Part shown: in pieces, positions 15,466 to 30,118 of the stretch
Layout: every line of letters begins with the position of its first letter
Position numbering within the stretch: the stretch's first letter is position 1
Assembly: GCA_951406725.2 (NCBI GenBank)
Contig: OX597821.1
Location: 17,422,001-17,486,000, forward strand
Length of the DNA stretch: 64,000 bases
From: Octopus vulgaris
Taxonomy: Eukaryota
Reading direction: 5' to 3'
Position numbers and translations under genes: made by a program
The notes under the pieces: model-generated
Database searches by the model: none
Told to the model about the DNA's origin: nothing
Seen by the model: the letters and a program-made list of their open reading frames with translations, nothing else

Positions 15466-15841
15466 TTATTTCTTTACTACCCACAGGGGGATAAACATAG
15501 AGGAGATAAACAAGGACAGACAAAGTGACTAAGTCGATTACATCGACCCTAGTGCGTAACTGGTACTTTATTTATCGACCCCGAAAGGATGAAAGGGAAA
15601 GTCGACCTCAACGAAATTTGAACTCAGAACGTAAAGACAGAAGAAATACCTATTTCTTTACTACCCACAAGGGGCTAAACACAGAGAGGACAAACGGATT
15701 AAGTCGATTATATCTACCCCAGCGTGTAACTGGTACTTAATTTATCGACCCCAAAAGGATGAAAGGCAAAGTTAACCTCGGCGGAATTTGAACTCAGAAC
15801 GTAACGGCAGACAAAATACTTCTAGGCATTTCGCCGCCTTA
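15466..15841 (-). mobile_element. SINE family B dimer (one partly deleted head, two bodies)
   Basis: Two tandem body units joined at gaaatacctatttc. TSD-like flanks catcattacttct / caccattacttct. Confidence 0.85.
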
Positions 15842-15844
15842 AAA

Positions 15845-16600
15845 CACCATTACTTCTACAAAGAGTACTACTTCTACCACCCTAGCATCTACCACTCCTA
15901 CCATTACCACTCACACTTCTACCACTACTGTAGACACCACTTCTACAAAGAGTACTACTTCTACCACCCTAGCATCTACCACTCCTACCATTACCACTCA
16001 CACTTCTACCACTACTGTAGACACCACTTCTACAAAGAGTACTACTTCTACCACCCTAGCATCTACCACTCCTACCATTACCACTCACACTTCTACCACT
16101 ACTGTAGACACCACTTCTACAAAGAGTACTACTTCTACCACCCTAGCATCTACCACTCCTACCATTACCACTCACACTTCTACCACTACTGTAGACACCA
16201 CTTCTACAAAGAGTACTACTTCTACCACCTCAACTTCTACCACTCCTACCATTACCACTCACACTTCTACCACTACTGTAGACACCACTTCTACAAAGAG
16301 TACTACTTCTACCACCCTAGCATCTACCACTCCTACCATTACCACTCACGCTTCTACCACTACTGTAGACACCACTTCTACAAAGAGTACTACTTCTACC
16401 ACCCTAGCATCTACCACTCCTACCATTACCACTCACACTTCTACCACTACTGTAGACACCACTTCTACAAAGAGTACTACTTCTACCACCCTAGCATCTA
16501 CCACTCCTACCATTACCACTCACACTTCTACCACTACTGTAGACACCACTTCTACAAAGAGTACTACTTCTACCACCTCAACTTCTACCACTTCTACCAG
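15845..16600. repeat. 87-bp minisatellite, about 8.5 units
   Basis: tagacacc recurs at 15931, 16018, 16105 ... 16540; units are nearly identical. Confidence 0.97.
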
Positions 16601-16779
16601 AAAGAAACACCAGTTCTACCACCTCCAACACAAATACTACCTCTGTAACTTCTACCACCGTACCAATGCTACCACACCTATCACCATTACCGATAGCGTC
16701 AAACTACCTCCCCCAGCACCACCCCTACAGTCCTCGCCACAACTACTACTTCCATCCCACGTATCATCTCTACCACCGT

Positions 16780-17830
16780 CAGCATTGTCACCCCCACCAC
16801 TACTACTATTACCACTACTACTACTACTACCACCACCACCAGCATCACTATCACCACCAGTAATACTACTACTATTATCATCACCACTATTACTACTAAT
16901 AATAATACTACTACTACCACCACCACAGTTACTACCACCACCATCATCACCACAACCATCACCACCATGACTAACATCACCATAACCACCACTATTACTA
17001 TTACTACTACCACCACCACCACCTCAACCGTCACCACAACCACCACCATCACCACTACCGCCATCACCACCACCACCACCACCATCACCACCACCACCAC
17101 CACCATCATCCCACTACCACCACCACCACCGCCATGATCACCATCACTACTTCCATCATCATGATCATCATCATCACCACCATCATAACCACCACCTCCA
17201 CCATCACACCACCACCCTCTCATTACCAACGCCCTCATCACCACTACCACCAGTATCATCATCACCACCACAACCACCATCACCACCGACATCATCCCGC
17301 CACCACCACCACCGCCACCACCGCCACCACCACCGCCGCCACCGCCACCGCCACCGCCGTCATTCACTAACACCACTGCCATTATCACCACCACTACCAC
17401 CATCATCACCACTACCAGCATCAGCACCACCATCACTGCCATCACCAACACTGCCATCATCCCCACCACCATCATCCCCACCACCATCACCACCAACATC
17501 ATCCCACCACCGCCATCATTCGCCAACACCACTACCATCATCATCTCCTTTTCACAACCACTGTCACTCATCTTAAACGCACCCCCTAACACCACTACCC
17601 TCACCATCACTGCCACCATCACTCCCGTCAAACCCTACAAGCATCATTACCTCCTCTTCATCATTGTGGTCCGCCCCCACCTTTACATCCCCACCACCAT
17701 CATTATCATCACGATCATCATCAACATCGTCGTGACCAACACCTTCAGCAGCACTATCAACTACCATATCACAATTATCATCAGTCCAATCACCACTACC
17801 ACCTTCACCCAGCCACCACACCCGTCACAC
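16780..17830. repeat. Degenerate (ACC/ACT/ATC)n low-complexity tract
   Basis: Visible trinucleotide-derived sequence. Confidence 0.9.
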
Positions 17831-18432
17831 GCACCTACTATTTCCACCGATACTGCAACCTATACAACCTATACACAATGACTAACTACACCACCAACAT
17901 AACCATGCCCACCCTTTCCACCTCCATGCAGCTGTATTATCTACTATTAACATTAACATTACAAACTACCACGACTACCACCACTACTACCACTACTACT
18001 ACTACTACTACATCTGCTGCTTCTTATGTTGCAATAGCAATAATAGAATCAAAACACTGTTTTAAATCACCGAAACCACCAAAGTCCATCAAAGCAAATG
18101 AAATCGATGGTATTATTAATAAAGAGGAAAATCAATAACACCCCTTTCAACCCATCCGACACCAACAGACAGCACTTGGCACTACTCAAATTTACTCCAT
18201 TCGCCTGGAACTACCCGATACTCTGGTTTTCACCCGACACTTCTATACCTCCCAGTTTTTCGCTTTAGACTGACATTGTCAATGCTATCCAAATACTACC
18301 CGGCCGAGATCTCAATTGGAAGTAAATGCAGACGATGATTGCTACCCAGCAACATATTATACTTAGCTAGCTGCCAGATATACCCGGCATCGTTTGCACC
18401 CGTACAGCATTTTGGTGGACTTTATCAGATAT

Positions 18433-18808
18433 CTCTCTTTACTCTTTTACTTGTTTCAGTCATTTGCTGGAGCACCGCCTTTAGTCGAGCAAATCGACCC
18501 CGGGACTTATTCTTTGTAAGCCCAGTACTTATTCTATTGGTCTCTTTCGCCGAACCGCTAAGTAACGGGGACGTAAACACACCAGCATCGGTTGTCAAGC
18601 AATGCTAGGAGGACAAACACACACATACATATATATATATATACATATATACGACGGGCTTCTTTCAGTTTCCGTCTACCAAATCCACTCACAAGGCATT
18701 GGTCGGCCCGGGGCTATAGCAGAAGACACTTGCCCAAGATGCCACGCAGTGGGACTGAACCCGGAACCATGTGGTTGGTTAGCAAGCTACTTGCCACACA
18801 GCCACTCC
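18433..18808 (-). mobile_element. SINE family A
   Basis: Reverse complement of the family A consensus, with a small deletion near the tail. Confidence 0.92.
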
Positions 18809-19152
18809 AGTTTATTTTACAGTTTTTATTAATTTTTTACTAAGCCAAAGATCAACGGAGCCACCAAGCTGTGTCGTCTTAAAAACAGTGCATTGACAGG
18901 CCGGGTAGAGAAGCGTACCACGGGTCTAGGGACTCTTTGTTAATCTATGTATTCTAAGGCTACTGTCAATAAATAAATACTATAGCCGCTCTTGCAGTTG
19001 TTTTTCCGAGGGCCTATATTGTTTTTCATCAGTGAAGCATTTGGCTCACCTCTCACTACAGCTGTATTAAGGTTAACTGATACCCTTATCACTACCCATC
19101 AATGATTACTCCTCAGCCTAGCTATTATCTAACTGCAAAAATATTACAATAT

Positions 19153-19362
19153 TCGAGGGGTGGGGCTGAAAAGGTTTTGACTTTAAGGATGTCGCGAAAG
19201 GCCTGGTTGGAGGCCCAAATTTCCGAGTTCTTTTACAGAGCTTGGAAAAACTGAAGGACCGCTGAAATAATTGTGTGAATCTGAGAGGGGAATCTGTTGA
19301 ATAAAATAATAATGAACTTATCCTCTTGTATTTTCTTTTACCCGAGAACAGGACCTCCCCCA
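19153..19362 (+). mobile_element. Mariner-derived deleted element (MITE-like)
   Basis: CGAGGGG..CTGAAAAG start, plus a remnant resembling the transposase C-terminus (R.N.CVNLRGESVE*). Confidence 0.5.
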
Positions 19363-19519
19363 TAACTAGTGTTGAAGGCGAAATAAAGTACAGTCAACCG
19401 TCACTCGCGAGGAATCATCAATGAATAGCATGCTTTTGCTAATAGTTTTAGGTACGTAAGTTGTTGTGAAGACAGACACCTCAGTCTCTTCTCCTATGAC
19501 TTATTGGCATATATCCAGG

Positions 19520-19685
19520 GTAAGAAGGCTACAGCAGCACCCAAATGATGATACTCATTGCAGTTGACTAGACTGAAGTAACGGAATATAAAGTGCCTTT
19601 CTCAAGGATACAATGAGCCGTCCGACCCAAGATTTGAACCCACTATATTAAGATTATGAGCCATACCACTCGGCCACGTGCTTTG
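19520..19685 (-). mobile_element. Old tRNA-derived SINE remnant
   Basis: Reverse complement has TGGCCGAGTGGT and GGTTCAAATC boxes. Confidence 0.5.
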
Positions 19686-20316
19686 ATTGAATATGAAATA
19701 GATTAAAACTTTAGTTTTCTTTAAACCATAAGTCAGACGAAAGTCCACAATTATATTAAATTTTTTTTTTTTTTCAAATTTTATTTATAGCAGTCATCAA
19801 TATAATCGAATGATTTACTTATAACTAGGACAGCAGGAAAATGGCAAATGTTCAAACACTTCTTTATTCATTAAAAAAAAATACTATTATAATTTATCAT
19901 TAGCGCAACAGTAAATCTAGCACTGGAAAAAAGAAACTTTTTCGTGGTCTCCTTTCCCTTGTTGCTCTAAGTATGTGCTTTTATTGTTTAGTGGTTAATC
20001 CGAGCTTCCTAATACATAAAACATACTAAGAATAACCTACAATATCTGTAAAACATAAAAGCACTGACAGACACTACATTTGGCAAGACCAAACAAAACA
20101 AAACATCCATACTATTTAGACAAACAATTTATTACATCCAACATGGATATTTCTAGTCCTGACTGCTGCTGCTGGTGCTGCTCTCTAATCTTTCTCCAAT
20201 AAATCAATCACAACAAACTACAAAGATCACAAAATAGCGCATTTTATATAATCGGAGGCTGTACATGAACTACAAACACACTTCGACAACATACACTATA
20301 TTATATGCGTGTGTGT

Positions 20317-20533
20317 CTCTCTCTTTTACTTGTTTCAGTCATTTGACTGCGGCCATGCTGGAGCACCGCCTTTTTTTAGTCGAGCAAATCGACCCCGGGA
20401 CATATTCTTTGTAAGCCCAGTACTTATTCTATCGGTCTCTTTTGCGAACCGCTAAGTGACGGGGACGTAAACACACCAGCATCGGTTGTCATACAATGCT
20501 TGCGGAACAAACGCAGACACACAAACACACACA

Positions 20534-20583
<50 letters not shown>

Positions 20584-20744
20584 TACGACAGGCTTCTTTC
20601 AGTTTCCGTCTACCAAATCCACTCACAAGGCATTGGTCGGCCCGGGGCTATAGCAGAAGACACTTGCCCAAGATCCCACGCAGTGGGAATGAACCCGGAA
20701 CCATGTGGTTGGTTAGCAAGCTACTTACCACACAGCCACTCCTG
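20317..20744 (-). mobile_element. SINE family A
   Basis: Full-length reverse copy. Confidence 0.92.
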
Positions 20745-21093
20745 TCTGTGTGTGTCTATTTTCTCAGGCAGCACGTATACTTCGAATGTACAGTTATCAT
20801 CACAAGCAGTACGCATGCCATACACACACTTTATATTATCACAAGCAGCACACCCGTACAACGTATGGCGCTCATACACGCACTTCGTCAGCAAACAAAA
20901 CTATAATACAAATATTTAAGACTTATTGCGAAGATGACGGACACAGATTATTACGGCAGTTTACTTACTACACCCCTAACAGTCCCTACCCTAGTTGAAA
21001 AACCACGCCCAACCCACCAAAAATAACACAGACAAGTCTATAACCACCGAGACATTACTTCGATACCATCATTAAAAAAAAACACTAATCAAC

Positions 21094-21137
<44 letters not shown>

Positions 21138-23208
21138 CGCGGATTAGCACAAAGCTAATACACACGAAAAAGTAGCAGAAACAGTACTTGACCATATTGA
21201 CCACGTTGACCACTCCCTCCCCCCCCCCTCAGCCCACTAACTCTACTCTACTCTAGGATGAACAGTACAATATATATGTGTATAGAAATATGAACGGTCG
21301 CATTCCGATCGGGACCGTTTTGTCCAGCTCCACTGTGGCCAACACCAGAGCTTACAAACACTCAATGATTCAATAACAGAGGGCCGATAACCAGATGTCT
21401 GCTAAGAGAACTTCTTAACTACAAGCTGACCTATAATTGTTTCAAATGTTGTCACAAGGTCAATTTTAGCACTCAAAGTAGTTTCTATGTGGTTACTCGA
21501 CCTATTACAAATAACAGACAAATACCTCTCAAATCACAGGCTTTCGACTTGCAAAATAGAAAAAAACCAACACGAAGTGAAACGTTGAACAACGTAGTCA
21601 ATGATATTCATATCAGTTAATGGCCATATTTGGAATGTTTTCGATCAAAAGTACGCTCTAACAGGACTTACCTGGGGGTCAGCAACAATAACTATATAAC
21701 CTTCTTACCCTCATTTCTGCATAGTACACATCAGAGTTAAATACTATTTTATCGTGGAATATGAGGCCTCAGAGTGGAGCAGTACCTTAGGTAGGGTTTA
21801 GCCAATTCTTTTTCAAGACACCTCACCTATCACTGGCTCCCCACCTCCAGTCATCCAGCCTTCAATGGCTCAACGGACCGCATTTGGAAGTCCACCATCT
21901 ACCGGTAATGGCATTAGCAGGCTGGTAAAACTAAGTTGAGGACAACCGACGAATATTAAACTCACGGTGAAATATTTTAGGGTTTGTCCCCCTAGGCATG
22001 CGAAAACTAGATTTCTGGTACACTGGACGAAGGAAGCCCAATTATCGATAGCCAAATTTTAAGAGACAGAAAGGACACCATTATAATTGGTCATGTAACC
22101 ACAGAAGGCAGTGAGACATTTCGGTAACTGATCATCCCACTGTGTTCCTGATATATCTCCAGTTATCTTAACTTGTTTTAACTCTAATCCGGGAAAACAG
22201 GGACGAGATTATAAGACTTGAAGTCTAGAACAGCCCAGCCTTTTTGCAACAGTCTAAATCAGTAAAGCAAGACAGTTGCTTAATAGTTAGAGTTATTACA
22301 ACTGCATCTGGTTCAGTGGGTAGTTGTGTGTATAACGGAGAGGAAAAGTGTGATAGTGTAGGGTAAAAGAACCCGGATACTCCCTGGTAACAACAGAGCG
22401 GCTGGGCAAGGTTGGAGGGAGCAGTACTCTCTAAAGGCGCACAGACCGATATGATCTCCGGTATACGGCTGATGTGGGTATGTTCTGCAGTTCGAGCTGT
22501 ATGCAAAATATAGGACACTTAAATGTTACTTTTCGAGTTATGGATAATGTTGAAAATGTAGTTTCGACACTATGGGTAATATCAGGTAATGTTAAATAGG
22601 TACAACAATTATAATTTTACTGATTTCAAATCTCGTGGTACTTATACAAAATACTGAGATAAGTATTATTTTCAAACTAGAAACATTTATTAGATTCAAT
22701 TAAAGTAAAACAAAATTTTCGTTAGTAGATTTGCAATAAATATAAATGTTACCACTAACAATAATATTGTTTAACCATCGATTGAATACAAATATAACAT
22801 ACGAGTAATTCTATATATGACATATGGTGATATATAGAATTACTTGGTATTACATATATGGTGTGACCAAGCAAAGGACAATCAAAGTTATTAGTATTGA
22901 TTGAGTTTTCAGTAATTCAGAACTTTTTAACACTGACGACATCCCCTGGTAAATATCATAGATGATACTTTCTCTAATCTTTGCTGGCTGGCCCAGAAAA
23001 GCAGCCTCGTCACCTTCTATTTTCTGTTCAAGGGTAACAACCAGAAACGCTTAACTTCCTACACTTTCTTACGGCAATTCAATTTATTCCTTATTTCCCA
23101 AACTCTCATTCATTGAGGAGGTCGGCTCTCGGATCACTAGTGTTCCGAGCAAGAGGAATTACGATAATCTTGCAAACATAACCTTTTTTAAATTTTCAGA
23201 CGGTAGAA

Positions 23209-23626
23209 TACTCTTTACTCTTTTACTCTTTTACTTGTTTCAGTCATTTGACTGCGGCCATGCTGGAGCACCGCCTTTAGTCGAGCAACTCGACTCCGGG
23301 ACTTATTCTTTTGTAAGCCCAGTACTTATTCTATCGGTTTCTTTTGCCGAACCGCTAAGTAACGGGGACGTAAACACACCAGCATCGGTTGTCAAGCAAT
23401 GCTAGGGGGACAAACACAGATACACAAACACACACATACATATATATATATATACATATATGCGACGGGCTTCTTTCAGTTTCCGTCTCCCAAATCCATT
23501 CACAAAGCTTTGGTTGGCCCGAAGCTATAGTAGAAGACACTTGCCCAAGGTGCCACGCAGTGGGACTGAACCCGGAACCATGTGGTTGGTAAACAAGCTA
23601 CTTAACACACAGCCACTCCTGCACCT
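23209..23626 (-). mobile_element. SINE family A
   Basis: Full-length reverse copy. Confidence 0.92.
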
Positions 23627-23769
23627 ATAAATATTATTTGTAGGAATAAAATGTTTATTTCAGTATACAGCTTCAAGACAACGGTAGAAAGTTACAAGTT
23701 CATTCATTTCTATAATTGTAAGGTAGGGAAAGAAGAAGAGGACGAATGATACAAAGGCTGTATATATAT

Positions 23770-23976
23770 TAGTTTCAAATTTTGGCACGAGACCAGCAGG
23801 TTTGGTGGAGGAGCAAAGTCGAATAAATTGACCCCAGTCCTCAACTGGTGCTTATTTTATTGACCCCCGAATTGATGAAAGCAAAGTCAACCCCAACGGA
23901 ATTTGAACTCAGAAAGTACACACGGACGAAATGCTGCTAAGCATTTTGTCCGGCGTTCTAGCAGCTCGCCGTCTTG
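23770..23976 (-). mobile_element. SINE family B, old tail type
   Basis: Reverse copy ending ...gtgccaaaatttgaaac. Confidence 0.8.
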
Positions 23977-24059
23977 AAGCTCTATATGTATTGCTGGCAA
24001 TGATCTCAACATATATTTTAAAGTCTGATTACAGGATGTGTAGATGACAGATCACCCAA

Positions 24060-24722
24060 AGTGTACCGTCAATCTTTTGTACATGTCTTGTTTCATTATA
24101 CTTTTCTGTACTGTCACTGCATTTTTGTCCAATTCCATGGTACTTTTGTTCTGTGCCATTGCAATTTTGTCTTACAACATCGTACTTTTGTATAAAGTCA
24201 AAGTATTCTTATACTGCATCCTTGTAATTTTGTACATCATTACATTTTTGTCCTGTTCTTTTGTATTTTTGAATAGTATCATTACATTTCTTTTCTGAAC
24301 CATTGTGATTTTGCATTTTCGTCCGGTTCTATGATATTTTTGTTTCTAGTTCAATTGCATTCTGTCCTGTTCCATTATATTTTTCTTCTATACCATTATA
24401 ATTTTGTCGTACTACCATTGTATTTTTGTATAGCATCATTACATTTAGTCCCATTTCATGATATTTTTGTATACTATCATTGCATTTTTGTATTGAAATA
24501 TTTCATTTTGATTAGCATCTTTGCAGTTTTGTATAGAGTCAACCGATTTTTGTCTTGTCCCATAGTATTTTTGTATTACTTCATTACATTTTTGTCCGGT
24601 ACCATTATATTTTTGTATCATTGTCTTTTTGTATTGTACCATTGTATCTTTGCACTGTATCATTATATTCATATTCTGTAGCTTTGTGTTTTTGCACTAT
24701 GTTTTTGTATTCAACATTATTC
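24060..24722. repeat. Degenerate minisatellite of about 19-20 bp (ttgtattgtaccattgtatttt-like)
   Basis: Periodic catt...tttt(g)t motifs; source of the hydrophobic spurious ORFs. Confidence 0.7.
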
Positions 24723-25813
24723 TGTAAACTATGAACACAAACATTTACATACTTACACGCAAACACACATGTTCTCATACACAAACGCATGCGCACACCA
24801 TACACACACATGCACACACACAAACACTCACACACATACAGCCATACACGCAAAGACACATATACACATACACACCCACATACACACACGTAGAAACACA
24901 CGAGCACGCATGCACGCATCGGGTGTTTCATTTGAATTTTTGGCTCGTGTTAACATTTGTAGTAATTAAATTTATTGAAATATCGCCAAAATGGTTCCGG
25001 TGTGGGTGCTTCTCGACGAAGTAGGGCAGTAGTGGATGCGGATTGCCTTTTGCATAAGCTCACATGTATATGCAAGCGCATAGATCTCTGTAAATGTATG
25101 TGTGTGCGTGTTTGCGTATGTGTATGCATACGAACATGCGAACGCGTGTGCGTATGCTTGTATATGTACATTTGCGCATGCGCGAAACTACAAGAGTAGA
25201 TAAGTGAATATGCATATGTGATACTTTTATATTTGCGAAACATTATATCTGCTTGAGTATTATACTGATGTGTCCGTTTTATATTAATGTGCGTGCGTGT
25301 TATATCGATGAGAATATGTGTGTGTTATATTGATATGTATATGCGTGTGTTATAATGATGTGTGTGTTATTTTAATATGTGTGTGTGTGTATTATATTGA
25401 TGTGTGTGCATGTATCCAGCAACCTTTTGATAGATACTGTGTCATGTTGTGTCTTTCATTTCATTGAATATGTCTGCTTCTGAGATTGTGTGCATGTGTG
25501 TGTATGTGTCTGGAAATGTGTGTGGTTCTGCGCTTGTGTGTGTGTGTGTGTGTGTGTGCGTGTATATGTACGTGCGTGTGTGGGGGGGTGCGAATTTCGA
25601 AAGAGAATGAAAAATAAAAACATTTACCATCTATTTCTTTGACCGTAGTTTCAAGCTATCTTCAGCAAATAAAGTAATTTGATAGGCGAAGCTTTCATCA
25701 GCAGAAAAGCCAAAGATTAACATATAAGACCGAGCATATAAGCCTCGGGCTTATATGTTATAAGCGCGAGTGTATTTATGTTCCTGCATATATGTTGATT
25801 GTGTGTGTGTGTT

Positions 25814-25865
<52 letters not shown>

Positions 25866-26035
25866 TGTGTGTGTGTGTGTGTAAGTGTGTTTGGTGATGT
25901 CGGTGTCTGGCTTGAACTGCATGTGATGAATGTGTGTCTTGGTGGCGATATATATCTTAAGATAAATATATGTAATATTTTTGATGCGTGTATATATCTG
26001 GATCTCGGTAAATGTATGAGTATAGTTTATTAGTA

Positions 26036-26073
<38 letters not shown>

Positions 26074-26174
26074 ATATCGGTGTACATGGATTTGTGGGAA
26101 CTGTAAAAGAGACAGACAAATAGACAGGCAGGCCAATTGACCGGTAAAATCTGAATAGCGATATAAATCTAGAT

Positions 26175-26360
26175 CAGTACTCCGCAACCGGTATGCCGTG
26201 GCACACTGGTGTGCCACGAGACGATGCTAGGTGTGCCGCGGTATAACCTAAACATAATTTTTTTCCCTATGCTTTTAGTTATATTTTTAGTTCAGGTGTG
26301 CCACCGAATTTTGAAAAGAATGTAAGTGTACCGCAAGTGAAACAGATTTGTGGAGCACTG
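26175..26360. mobile_element. hAT-type MITE
   Basis: TIRs CAGTACTCCGCAA / TTGTGGAGCACTG, subterminal GTGTGCC repeats, degenerate 8-bp TSD. Confidence 0.75.
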
Positions 26361-26565
26361 ATCCAGTGATAAACAGGAAGGGAGGTGTTAGAAAGTAATG
26401 TAATTTGGTTTTGCATCTCTTTCTGGCTAACTCTTGTATATAAGCAACGTGTTGGTGTGTGTATGCAAATGCACCCTGAAAAGTGAGTAAGCGTATCTCA
26501 CAATATACACTTTTCTGTCTGAAGATCGTGTATTTCTGGATGCAACGTGTTTTGGGAGCCTCAGT

Positions 26566-26950
26566 ATGGAAGCACTCCGTCGGTTACGACAACGAGGGTT
26601 CCGGTTGACCCGATCAACGGAACAGCCTGCTCGTGAAATTAACGTGTAAGTGACTGAGCACTCCACAGACACGTGTACCCTTAACGTAGTTCTCGGGGAT
26701 ATTCAGCGTGACACTGAGAGTGTCAAGGCCGGCCCTTTGAAATACAGGTACAACAGAAACAGGAAGTAAGAGTGAGAGAAAGTTGTGGTGAAAGAGTACA
26801 GCAGGGATCACCACCATCCCCTGCCGGAGCCTCGTGGAGCTTTAGGTGTTTTCGCTCAATAAACACTCACAACGCCCGGTCTGGGAATCGAAACCGCGAT
26901 CCTATGACCGCAAGTCCGCTGCCCTAACCACTGGGCCATTGCGCCTCCAC
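26566..26950 (-). mobile_element. SINE family C (tail type 2)
   Basis: Same head as 7345-7652 but a different 3' half. Flanked by the TSD-like gg(g/a)agcctcagt. Confidence 0.88.
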
Positions 26951-27453
26951 GGAAGCCTCAGTGTATGTATGTGTTAACGACACGACATGTATTTACGATT
27001 GCGTGTGTGTGTGTGTGTGTGTGCGTGTGGGTGTATGTATGTGAGTGTCTGTCTATCCGTCTGTCTGTCTGTTCAGTTACTGTCTTTGTTTAACCCCAGG
27101 ACAGCCCGACCTTATGATGAATGACGATCCAGACGTGAAAAAAAGCCCGACGTATTGTCTAGAATAGTGGATCTAAGGCTACATTATGCTTTGTGCCTTT
27201 CATATTCTTACGAAAGGTAGAGTATATAATTTGCGTGAGATTTGGTTACTATTTCCAACAGACCTAACAGTAGCAAAGAGACACCATAATTGTGCGTCTG
27301 TCTGTATGTTCGTATTTGTGTGAATTTATTTACATACTTTGAATGCCTCGCACACGCTCAAACACACAGACACGCACGTACGTGCCCGCGCCTGTGTATC
27401 TGACATGTACATGCGGAAGTTTGTGAATGTAACTTTCAGTGTCTTTATATGTA

Positions 27454-27525
<72 letters not shown>

Positions 27526-27855
27526 TACTGCAAATTTCGGGTGAATACTTGATAAGTGTAAGCACTTGTATGCGCCAGCTAGTGGCAGAGGTGAGAGGGA
27601 ATATATCAAATAAAATCAAAAACAGAACACAAAGGATGTCGCGGTACACGTGTTTCAAGCTTTATAAACGACCTGTTCTTACATCAGTGTATAATAGATA
27701 TAAAAGATGGTTTAAGATGCTGCATGCATTGTTATTCCAAAGATTTACATCACACTATAAAAAATATGAAAAGTACATGTAGTATTACCCATAATAAAAG
27801 GTATATTATATCTCCATGAGAAAGTGTATTTGTAAAATTTCATAACTAAATAGAC

Positions 27856-28419
<564 letters not shown>

Positions 28420-28629
28420 CCTCGGCTACTGCGGATGTTACGTTCCAAAATCCCCGCAATAGGTGAAAATTCGCGAAGTAGAAAAAGTAGTGTATATTTA
28501 TTTTATTATTTTTATAATGTGTCTATATTTATTTTATTATAAATGCAAAACCACACCTCGGAGGCATCGGCATAAGCTTAAATAATAAACCGCGATGGAT
28601 GAACCGCGATATGGCGAGAGCTTACTGTA
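28420..28629. mobile_element. Tigger/pogo-like MITE
   Basis: Ends ...CCGCGATATGGCGAGAGCTTACTG-TA; the left TIR is disrupted by the adjacent SINE A. Confidence 0.6.
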
Positions 28630-28640
28630 TATATATGCGT

Positions 28641-28980
28641 ATGAGTGGCTATGTCGTAAGTAGATTGCTTCCCAACCACATTGTCCTGGATTCAGTTCCA
28701 CTGCATGGCATATTGGGCAAGTATCTTCTTCTATAGCCTCGGACCGACCAAAGTTTTGTGAATGGATTTGGTAGACGGAAACTACAAGAAGCCCGTCCTA
28801 TGTATATGTATGTGTGTATATGTGTGTGCGCCTGTGTTTGTGTTTGTCCCCTCCCATCACCACTTGACAACTGGTGTTGGTGTATTTACGTTCCCGTAAT
28901 CTAGCCTTTCGACAAAGAGTCCGTTAGGATAAGTACCAGACCTAATAAATAAGTATTGGGTCGGTTCATTGGATTGGCTT
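28641..28980 (+). mobile_element. SINE family A, diverged
   Basis: Degenerate but colinear with family A. Confidence 0.8.
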
Positions 28981-29154
28981 GCGTTGCCCATATCCAGTCT
29001 ACTGCAGGTCAAGAGCCTCAAACATGTTCTGTCTCCCAGAGAATGGCATGAGATCATACTGGTTTGAGGAGCTTAGTCTGCCACACTGGCTCGTATTTAT
29101 GTACATATGTATGTATAAACATGTACATGTATACGCGCATATATAAATATATAT

Positions 29155-29389
29155 AAGGCGGCGAGCTGGCAGAAACGTTAGCACGTCGGGCGAAATGCGT
29201 AGCCGTATTTCGTCTGCCGTTAAGTGTTCTGGGTTCAAATTCCGCCGAGGTCGACTATGCCTTTCATCCTTTCGGGGTCGATAAATTAAGTACCAGTTAC
29301 GCACTGGGGTCGATGTAATCGACTTAATCTCTTTGTCTGTCCTTGTTTGTCCCCTCTATGTTTAGCCCCTTGTGGGTAGTAAAGAAATA
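29155..29389 (+). mobile_element. SINE family B monomer, young tail type
   Basis: AAGGCGGCGAGCTGGCAGAAACGTTAG head, GGTTCAAATTCC B box, ends TAAAGAAATA. Confidence 0.92.
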
Positions 29390-29436
29390 TATATAGAGAT
29401 GGGTGGATAGGTATTACAGCAAAATATGTATTATAT

Positions 29437-29642
29437 ATTGGTTTCAAATTTTTGGAAAGGCCAGCAATTTCGTGAGAGGAGCTAAGTCGATCATATCAAC
29501 CCCTGTGCTCAACTAGTACTTATTTTACCAACCCTAAAATAGATGAAAGTTAAAGTCGAATTTGAACCCAGAGCACAAAAACAGACGCAATGCAGATGTG
29601 TATTTCACCTGTCATGCAAACGATTCTGCCAACTCGCCTGCG
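29437..29642 (-). mobile_element. SINE family B, old
   Basis: Diverged reverse copy. Confidence 0.7.
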
Positions 29643-29681
29643 TAAATTATGTATAGTATATTAAATGATGAGGATATTAAA

Positions 29682-30102
29682 CGGCGCAGGAGTGGCTGTG
29701 TGGTAAGTAGCTTGCTTACCAACCACATGGTTCCGGGTTCAGTCCCACTGCGTGGCACCTTGGGTAAGTGTCTTCTAATATAGCCCCGGGCCGACCAATG
29801 CCTTGTGAGTGGATTTGGTAGACGGAAACTGAAAGAAGCCTGTCGTATATATGTATATATATATGTATGTGTGTGTGTGTGTTTGTGTTTCTGTGTTTGT
29901 CCCCCTAGCATTGCTTGACAACCGATGCTGGTGTGTTTACGTCCCCGTTACTTAGCGGTTCGGCGAAAGAGACCGATAGAATAAGCACTGGGCTTACAAA
30001 GAATAAGTCCTGGGGTCGATTTGCTCGACTAAAGGCGGTGCTCCAGCATGGCCGCAGTCAAATGACTGAAACAAGTAAAAGAGTAAAAGAGTAAAAGAGA
30101 GT
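29682..30102 (+). mobile_element. SINE family A, full length
   Basis: GGCGCAGGAGTGGCTGTGTGG ... (AAAAGAGT)3. Confidence 0.93.
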
Positions 30103-30118
30103 ATGACTCTGTAGTTGG

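Noticed and set aside
15845-16600. CRISPR-like array
   Set aside because: Units are contiguous with no unique spacers, the context is eukaryotic and there are no cas genes.
15788-16648. 286-aa His/Tyr-rich ORF
   Set aside because: It starts inside a SINE at a non-ATG codon and is open only because the 87-bp unit is a multiple of three.
21840-22520. GC-richer unique segment with short ORFs
   Set aside because: No recognisable domain or splice structure; it may be an old TE but I cannot assign it.
26880-26950. tRNA gene
   Set aside because: A and B boxes are present, but the sequence continues into a SINE body and lacks a proper acceptor stem; the same holds for the other SINE heads.
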